The notes below the pieces were generated by a model that was given only the letters and a program-made list of their open reading frames with translations, was not told the DNA's origin and did no database searches. From Paramoeba atlantica (lineage: Eukaryota; Protista; Discosea), in contig CDRNVI010000159.1 of NCBI GenBank assembly GCA_977017575.1, positions 1 through 55,953 of the forward strand: 55,953 bases of DNA. The letters are read 5' to 3'. This document shows, one piece after another, positions 48,089-55,953 of the stretch (position 1 is the stretch's first letter; each line of letters begins with the position of its first letter). A program made the position numbers and the translations under genes.

Positions 48089-49378
48089 CTCTCTCTGCAC
48101 TTGGCACCACCCATCACACATCCCCATTTACTCCTCTTCACCAACCCCCAACCACCACACAGTCAACCACACCAAAGCCCCTCTCTCTCTCTCGCACCCA
48201 GATTTTTCACAAAGAAAACTTTTGAGGTGTCCCCTTCACAACAAGTCACACTCATTTTCACTCAGTCCAAGCTCTCACCATGGTGTCCTGCACATCTTCT
48301 TTCTCTTGCTTCCGTTTTGGTGGAAAATGGTCAATTTGGAGTTTCTTGCCACCCCCTTTCAGAACATTTCCAACTTTTTTTGAAAATTTCTCTTCAGCTA
48401 TTTTTTCAAATGAACCTTTGTGCACAACCTCGAATCTTAAGATCTCTTATTCTCCATTCTTGAGTGGAGTTTCCTCACACCGAAGTGAAGGTAGTACCAG
48501 CTCTCTTATGCCCTCTTTTCTCTCCATTCGTTTGATGATTGATAGATCATTTCTTTTTTGTTTTTGTTTTCTTTTTGTTTTCTCCTACTCCCTCCTCTTG
48601 ATGTCCTTTTTGTTCTCTTTCTTCTCACCAAATAAGATTCTAAAATTTTGTTTCCTTAGTTTGAACAGTTTTTACAATGTTTTTTTTGGTTTTCTTTTCT
48701 TTTCTTTCTTTTCTTCTTTTTTCTCTTTCTCTTTCTTTTTCTTTTCTTTTAATTGTTGTTCCAAACTGATTTTTTTTTTCGAAGGGAGATGAGTTTTGTA
48801 ATCAGCAAGTAAATATATTTGTTAAAAAAAAGAATCATATTTCTCTTCTTCAAAGGCTTTGTTGTGTGTTCACTCTCCTTTTCTGGTTTTCTTTTTCTTT
48901 CCTCTTTTCCCTCTCTTTTCCCTCTCTTTTCCCTCTCTTTTTTCTCTTTTTTCCTGATTATGTTTTTTTAAAAAAAAGAGAAATGTCATTGTTATTGTTG
49001 GATAATTTCTTGACTTCTTGTGTTCTGGAAGTGTGCTGCTGTTTCACGACGTGTTGTTCCTAAAATATTCGACAATAATTTTTCAAAAGCCCCAAACAAT
49101 CATCTGGTTTTCTTTCTCTCTTTTTTTTGTTTTTTGAACTGACAGTTCTCTGTTTTTTTTTGTTTTAATTAATCCACACCAACTTCTATAATAATATATT
49201 GTTGTAAAATTCATTGGTTTTATTTTTGTTTTTGTTTTGTTTTTGTTTTACTTTGTATTTCTTCACTTTTCCCCCTTACATTGAACTGAATGAAATCCTT
49301 TCTCTTTTCTTTTTTCTCTTTTCTCTTGTCTCTTTCAGTTCTCATCAGGTTTGTGAGGTGTTTTAATTGATAAGGGTT

Positions 49379-52270
49379 TGTGTGTTGGATTGCAAAGTGA
49401 ATGGACACCAATATTATCAATATATTGAGAGATTGTTTATCAAATATGTCACAAAGATTGCTATTGATCTCCACCACCATCGTTGCATAACTGTTATGTT
49501 TGTTTTCTTTTATTCTCTTCCTCTTTTTTTTCTTCTATCCCTCTCTCATTCCTTTGAACACTAATCTTTTTCTTTTCTCTTTCCCTTTTAGTTCCTTCCT
49601 GCCATATCCCCTCCCCCCACCAATTGTAAGATGAATGGACAGCCTAAAACCCTTTATCAATATATCGAGAGATTGTTTGTTAAAAATATCAAAGTGTGTG
49701 TGTGTTGTGACTCACAAAAATGCTTCCTGATTTGATGTGTTGTTTTGTGTGTTTCCTTCAGGTTTTCCCAAAAGGGTTTAGGGAGCGTTTTGGATGGTCT
49801 TTATTTGTATTTTATCACAAATTGCTGTTGTATTGTTCCTTTGTTGTTAAGATGTTTGTTGGAAATTCATAGAATTCTTAATATAAAAAGAGAACTTAAA
49901 CCAAGAGTTTGTTTTTGTTAATGTCTGATTGTTGAGTTTGTCGAAGGATGCCCCCTGCTCTGTGCTCTATCACCCCACTTCCACCATCATGTTGTTGTTG
50001 TTGTGAATCTCATCGGGTTTTAGTGTTTGTTTTTGGTCATATATGTTTTCTTTGATTCTTTTTCTTTGTGTTTTTCCCCTCATATTTCCCCCTCCATTCA
50101 ATGAAACCCCTTTCTTTCTCCAGTCAGTTTCTGTTTTTCGCAGAAGGGACACACCAAGGGGGGGACACCCTTTTCGCTGTTTTTTTTTTTTGGTTGTCTC
50201 TCTTTGGGTTTGAAGTTGGGATTTTTTGATGGAACTCTGGAACCCCCGTGAGTTTTCTCCTTGAAAGTAGTTGAGATTAACTGTGCATGATTTTACTTTG
50301 ACAAACTAGTGCCTTTCTCTAACTTGCTGGTGTGGGCTCCATTTTTTGGTCCTGGCTACGTTTTGCTCTCCCAAAGCACACTCTTGGAGAGTGTTGAGAG
50401 TGTTGTGCATGAAAGTGTTTGTGTGGTGTTGGATTGCAAGGTGAATGGACACCCTAAACCCTTATCAATTATTGAGAGGTTGTTTGTCAAATATCAATGA
50501 TGTGTGCATGTATTATAAAGATTGCTACATTCATTTTATCCCTCCCCTTTCCCTCCTCCCCTTCCTTCCTTTTTTAACACTAATCTTTTCTCTTTTCTCT
50601 TTCTCCAGAGTTCTCTCTCTCTCGCCTGTGTGTGTGTTTGTTGGGGTTTTAATTGATAAGGTTTGAAGCAATAATTTTTTCACCTTTACCAATTATCATT
50701 GTTGTTGTGAATCATGGTGGGTTTTGTGTTTGTTTTCTTTTTTTTGTTTGTTTTCTTTTATTCTCTTCCTTCTTTGTATTTCTCTCCTCCATAGTAACAT
50801 ACATTACTAATCCTTTCTTTTTTCTTTTCTTTCCCTTTTCAGTTTCCTGAAAAAAGTTCAGTCATTCAATTGACCAAAAGATTGGGTGTTTTTTGTTGAA
50901 TAATTTCAGTACTTTGGGTCTGGTAGCAAATCAAGAAAATTCTTGGTAATGAGAAAATTATTTTTGGTATTAATGTTTATTGAGATAATTTTTATTTGCT
51001 ATTAATTCTTCGGAGATTTGCAAACTTGCGTATTTGGCCTAGAGGAAAAAGATTATTTAATTGGGAATTCCTTCTTTTTCTCTCTTTCCAATAAAAAAAG
51101 AGGACGCGATAAAATGTGAGACAACAATGAGAACAACTCAATAACCAACACCAACAAAGGAGGAGAGAGGGAATATTGAGTGTGTTTATTGCTGATTTCT
51201 TCTTCACACAAAGAGGTTCTTTTTTTTTTTTGGTCTTTTTAGAAGAAAAGAGAGGGAAGGGTGAGGGGAGCAAAGGAAGAAGGTTTAGGTGGTGGTGATT
51301 TCTTTAAAGGAAAGAGAGTAGCTTCTGAAACTTTTGCATATAGGGTTTGTATCAGAAGAAAAGATTCTTCGCAATGTGATAATCAAAATGACAACAATAT
51401 TAGAGTAATGATCAAGCAACTGTGTTGCAGAGAGCTCTTGGAATGTTGTTGCACAAAAGTGATTGTGTGTTGGATTGCAAGGTGAATGGACATTGATTTA
51501 TCAATATTGAGAGATTGTTTGTTAAATCAGTAGAGTGCTTTACAAATATGCCATGGATTACTACTGCCACCATCATTGCATTGTTGTTGTGAATCATCAG
51601 TTTTGTGTTTGTTTTTTACATACTTGTTTTCTTTTATTCTCCCCTTCTTTGTGTTCCCCCCCCCCCTCCCTTGTCTCCTTTTCTCCCCTCTCTCCTTTTA
51701 ACTAAAAAATCCTTTCTTTTTTCTCTTTCTCCAGTTTGCTGAGATTATCGGTGACATATTTAATCAACAATTTGAAACCTTTTATCACTGCCTCCACACC
51801 ATTGCCACATTGTTGTTGTGAATCACATTGGTTTTAGTGTTTGTTTTTGATATTTGTTTTCTTTTATTCTCCCTCCCCTTCTTTGTGTTCACCCCTCCTC
51901 TCTTTTCTCCCTCCATTCAACTAAACCCCTTTCTTTCTTTTTCTCTCTTTCTCCAGTCCTCCGTTTGAGAAGGGACCCACTGATAGGATACCTTTCTTGC
52001 TGTCTTTTTTTTTTGGTCTCTCTTTGGGTTTGAAGTTGGGATTGCCACATTAATCACCACCACAATCATTGCATAACTGTTATATGAAACAGTTTGTTTT
52101 CATGTTTTGTTTTCTTTTATTCTCCTTCCCTAATCCCTCCCCTAATCCCTCCCCTTTCCCTCCTTCCTTTCCCTCTCCTTTCCCTCCTTCCTTTCCCTCC
52201 TTCCTTTCCCTCTCCTTCCTTTTAATACTAACCTTTTCTCTTTTCTCTTTCTCCAGTTCACTGAGATTAT
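49379..52270. repeat. Degenerate, irregularly spaced modular subtelomeric repeats
   Basis: GTGTTGGATTGCAA(A/G)GTGAATGGACA..TATCAAT..GAGA(G)ATTGTTT occurs at ~49380, ~50426 and ~51465, with a partial copy at ~49630. CTCTCTTTGGGTTTGAAGTTGGGATT occurs at ~50198 and ~52018. Confidence 0.75.
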
Positions 52271-53702
52271 TTGTGATTTAATCAACAATTCAAAGTCTTT
52301 TGTCATTGCCAAGAGAGGAATATTGTGAGGATTTGTTGATGAAACATGGCAAAACCTTGATGCATTGAAAAACTAAAAACCAAAAAGAAAATCAACTCTT
52401 TGAGGTTAAAGTGATATTTGGATTTGCTTTGCATATCTTTTTTCTTTGAGCAATTCAATGAAATCAAAAAGCAGCGGTAAAACTATGTGTGTGGGTAGTC
52501 TGTTGAACTGCAAACACTAAGTGTTTGAAACATGAACACTTCAGAATCTCTTTTTGTGTTGAAATCTTTTTTTTTTATTATTTTTCAAAGGGTTTAGGGG
52601 TTTTGTTAAATAAAAAAGAAATAAAGTTTGGTTGGTGTTGGTGTTGTGGTGGCAGAAGAAGAAGAAGGGACTCTCTTCTTGGATGTAGAAGAAATTAGAG
52701 ACTTTTTTTTTATTTTGTTTTGCTTGCAATTTTGGTTGTCAGTGTTGTTGTCTCACCGCTGGAAGTCTGTTTCTAAATTCAAGAGATTCAAATCTGGGAG
52801 GGCCACCACCATCACCGCTATGCTCATGATCATTATTACATTTTTCAGCCATCTCTTCATCTTCATCACCACAAAAGAGAAAGAAGAAACAAAATCCTTT
52901 AAAAAAGGAAGAGAAGGATATCCTTTTCCTTCTTTTATTTATGTTGAACCACATGAACCACAACAACAAAGTTTTCACTTCAAAAAATCACAACAAACAA
53001 CAACAAACCACCAACTTATTCTCTCATCATTTTTGTTTACAAAAGAACCCAAAGAAATCCTGACCACCCTCCTCTTTCTTCAACTTTTTTTTTTCTCTCT
53101 TTCTTTAAAGATTTAACTTTTATTTCTTTCCTCTCTATTACGATTCTATCAGTTCTTGTTTTGTCCATTCATTTTGGAGCCATTCTCACACATCCATTCC
53201 CACTGAACAATCCAACTTCCTTTTCCCCAACTGGCATTTTCTCTATTTTTTCTTCATCTTTCTCTTTCCTCTTCTTTTCTTTCTTCTCTTCCCTTCCTTT
53301 TTCTTTCCCCTTTTCCTCTTGCCTCACCCCTTCTCTCTTCTCTCACTTTCCTTCTTCCTCTTTCTTTCTCTTTTCTCTTTTCTTTTCTCCTTCAGAAAAT
53401 AAACTGGAAAAGAAAGAAAAATAAAGCCCATTCAGAATTTCCTTATATGGGTAAAATATGTGTTGTTCCGCTTTGAATTTCTTTTTCACTTTTCCAAAGC
53501 TTTTGCTTTTTGCAAATATTGCAGAACCGCCCTGTGGTGCAGGAGTCCCTATTTCTCCTTGAAGTTTGCCAATAATGTGAAGAGAATTTATTTTTGTAGT
53601 TTTTGCTTTGAGTCAAATTATTTGAAAGAGAAAGACATGTTGCCAAAAAAGATTTATCACATCCTTGAAAGTAGTTGAAGTTGAAAGAAGGAAAGGGTTA
53701 CT

Positions 53703-54488
53703 TTATTCCAAAGTTTTGTTGAAGATTTGATCAAGGCCACATTGCAATTTTTTTGGAGAAGAGGAATTTAGAAGGGTAGTCTTCCATTGTTGGAGGACAG
53801 ACTGAAATGGGGCTTCATCTTGACAATGTTCAACAAGATCTTTGACTGCTTTGATTGGATAAGTCACCATCTGGAAACCATAGATACTTTCTTGAAAAAC
53901 ATCATTCTCTTGAAAAACTGTGCTGTGACACTTCCAAGATTGGTGGAATGCAAGACATAGAAAGTTAGGATGTATAGTTTGAATTCATGCCCCCCTTCCA
54001 CCATTCTGATGTTGGAAACAAACCAAATCATTTTGTGATAATGGATGATCATGATCACAATCTTCAACATCTGGTTCAACAAAACAGGAATAATACATCA
54101 ATAAACTTGAGTTGTAAATTGGATCTTCTGCATCCACATGAAGACCACAACCTCCATTCTTGGCCAATTTCTTGTATTCTTCTGATGGTCAGGTAGGAAG
54201 CTCTGCTGGTCGAATTGCATGTTGTGAACCAAAAAATAAAACTTTCGAATCTTGAAACAGTCCCTCTGAAGGTGATCGAGGATAAGAGAGACTAAGTAAG
54301 AGTGCTTTTGAAAACAAAGAAGGAGAATGTCGGGAAATGTGATCCTAGAGAAGATCAGGAAAAAGTTTGATGAGGAGAATTGTAATGATTGCTTCGAGAT
54401 TTGAAATGTCAGGTGTTCGAGACAGTCACTGAGATTTTGATTCTGGTAATATGGAAGAAAGCACTTTTTGTTTGTCTGAACTTGACAT
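53703..54488 (-). pseudogene. Third, divergent 2OG-Fe(II) dioxygenase-like pseudogene (HxDxxD..H); may extend further 3' toward ~52700
   Basis: Single minus-strand frame from ATG 54488 with four internal TGA/TAG stops: GCGLHVDAEDPIYNSSLLMYY..LVCFQHQNGGRGA*IQT..LAFHQSWKCHSTV..IYGFQMVTY. Confidence 0.55.
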
Positions 54489-54590
54489 GATTGAGTTTGC
54501 TTCCCTGGACCTGCCCCAAATCCAACTGTTCTGAATAGAACTAAGATTTTCTCATCTTTTCACAAAAATCCGAAAATAAAAAACTAGATT

Positions 54591-55353
54591 AAGAAAGAAA
54601 GAGAGAAGAAAGAGAGAGAGAAGAAAGAGAAGAAGGAAAGAAAAAGGAAAGAAAAAGGAGGAAAGAAAAATTATTATTTGAAAAAGAAAGAGAGAAGAGA
54701 AAAAGAGAAAAAGAGAATAGAGAAGAGAGAGAAAAGAAAGAGAGAGAAAAAAAGAAGAAGAGAGAGAGAAAAGAGAGAGAAAAAAGAGAGAGAGAAAAGA
54801 GAGAGAAAAAAGAGAGAGAGAAAAGAGAGAAAGAAAAGAAAGAGAGAAAAGAGAGAGAGAGAGAAAAGAGAGAGAAAAAAGAGAGAGAAAAGAGAGAAAA
54901 CCATCAATTTGAGTCCCAGAACCAAAAAAAGAGTAAAAAATTTTTTAGATTCCACAGGAAATTCTTCTTCAAAAAGCTGATTTGATAAAAAGTGAGAAAG
55001 AAAAGAGAAAGCAAAAGAAAAGAAAGAGAAAGAGAGAAGCGAAAAGAAAAGAAAGAGAGAGAGAAGTGGAGAGAAAAAACCTTTTCTCTTGCTTCATTTG
55101 TATTTGTTGATTGTTTTGGGCGTGACATTCTTGCTCCTAAGAAAGAGAGAAGAGAGAAGAGAGAAGAGAAGAGAGAAGTGGAGAAGAGGAGAGAAAATTT
55201 TATTGAGAAGGAAAAAGAGAAAGAGAGAAGAGAGAGAGAGAAAAGAAAAGAGAAAGAGAGAAAGAGAGAAAGAGAGAAAGAGAGAAAGAGAGAAAGAGAA
55301 AGAGAGAAGAGAGAAGAGAGAAAGAGAAGGGAGAAAGAGAAGAGAGAAAAGAA
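54591..55353 (+). repeat. Telomere-adjacent polypurine (AG/AAGAG) tract with two short interruptions
   Basis: Almost exclusively A and G on the + strand, apart from ~54901-54990 and ~55080-55140. Confidence 0.85.
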
Positions 55354-55373
55354 ACCTCCTCTCATATCCAGGT

Positions 55374-55953
55374 TTTAGGGTTTAGGGTTTAGGGTTTAGG
55401 GTTTAGGGTTTAGGGTTTAGGGTTTAGGGTTTAGGGTTTAGGGTTTAGGGTTTAGGGTTTAGGGTTTAGGGTTTAGGGTTTAGGGTTTAGGGTTTAGGGT
55501 TTAGGGTTTAGGGTTTAGGGTTTAGGGTTTAGGGTTTAGGGTTTAGGGTTTAGGGTTTAGGGTTTAGGGTTTAGGGTTTAGGGTTTAGGGTTTAGGGTTT
55601 AGGGTTTAGGGTTTAGGGTTTAGGGTTTAGGGTTTAGGGTTTAGGGTTTAGGGTTTAGGGTTTAGGGTTTAGGGTTTAGGGTTTAGGGTTTAGGGTTTAG
55701 GGTTTAGGGTTTAGGGTTTAGGGTTTAGGGTTTAGGGTTTAGGGTTTAGGGTTTAGGGTTTAGGGTTTAGGGTTTAGGGTTTAGGGTTTAGGGTTTAGGG
55801 TTTAGGGTTTAGGGTTTAGGGTTTAGGGTTTAGGGTTTAGGGTTTAGGGTTTAGGGTTTAGGGTTTAGGGTTTAGGGTTTAGGGTTTAGGGTTTAGGGTT
55901 TAGGGTTTAGGGTTTAGGGTTTAGGGTTTAGGGTTTAGGGTTTAGGGTTTAGG
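55374..55953 (+). repeat. Telomere, (TTTAGGG)n, ~83 copies
   Basis: Homogeneous TTTAGGG array to the end of the window, with the G-rich strand running 5'->3' toward the end. Confidence 0.99.

Noticed and set aside
48100-48560. Possible convergent minus-strand exon after dioxygenase copy 2 (a RAG2-like partner position)
   Set aside because: The composition looks coding-like, but no frame gives a recognisable motif or kelch repeats. Left unassigned.
1-55953. tRNA or rRNA genes, and assignment to a specific organism
   Set aside because: No cloverleaf or rRNA-like segment was seen. TTTAGGG telomeres occur in many unrelated lineages, so the repeat does not identify the taxon.

Overview
This window is the right-hand end of a linear chromosome from an AT-rich, intron-containing eukaryote (protist-like; the taxon cannot be fixed from sequence alone). 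It ends in about 83 copies of the Arabidopsis-type telomere repeat TTTAGGG (55374-55953). Only the first ~1.5 kb holds apparently intact host genes: an ankyrin-repeat gene and eIF1/SUI1. From ~1.8 to 22.5 kb there is a nest of transposable elements. A 191-bp-LTR Ty3/gypsy chromovirus (4239-20126, CTAG target duplication, tRNA-Thr-like PBS) is interrupted by a 2.4-kb CACC-TIR DNA element (ATTA target duplication) and by a full-length L1-like LINE with a C-terminal RNase H. Three truncated LINE 3' ends and a second chromovirus remnant lie nearby. The distal 32 kb contains a ~180-bp satellite and 3.2-3.5-kb subtelomeric duplications bounded by telomere-like seeds. It also holds a set of decayed genes that are hard to see in the ORF track. 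One is a single 5.3-kb reading frame (30460-35781) encoding Zn-finger + tyrosine-recombinase-like + RecQ-helicase motifs, resembling fungal telomere-linked helicases. The others are three TET/JBP-like 2OG-Fe(II) dioxygenase pseudogenes and a RAG1/Transib/Chapaev-like transposase remnant directly upstream of one of them. These sequences show heavy C>T/G>A decay, with many in-frame stops and few indels. Protein family assignments come from motif recognition by eye and need HMM or structure confirmation.
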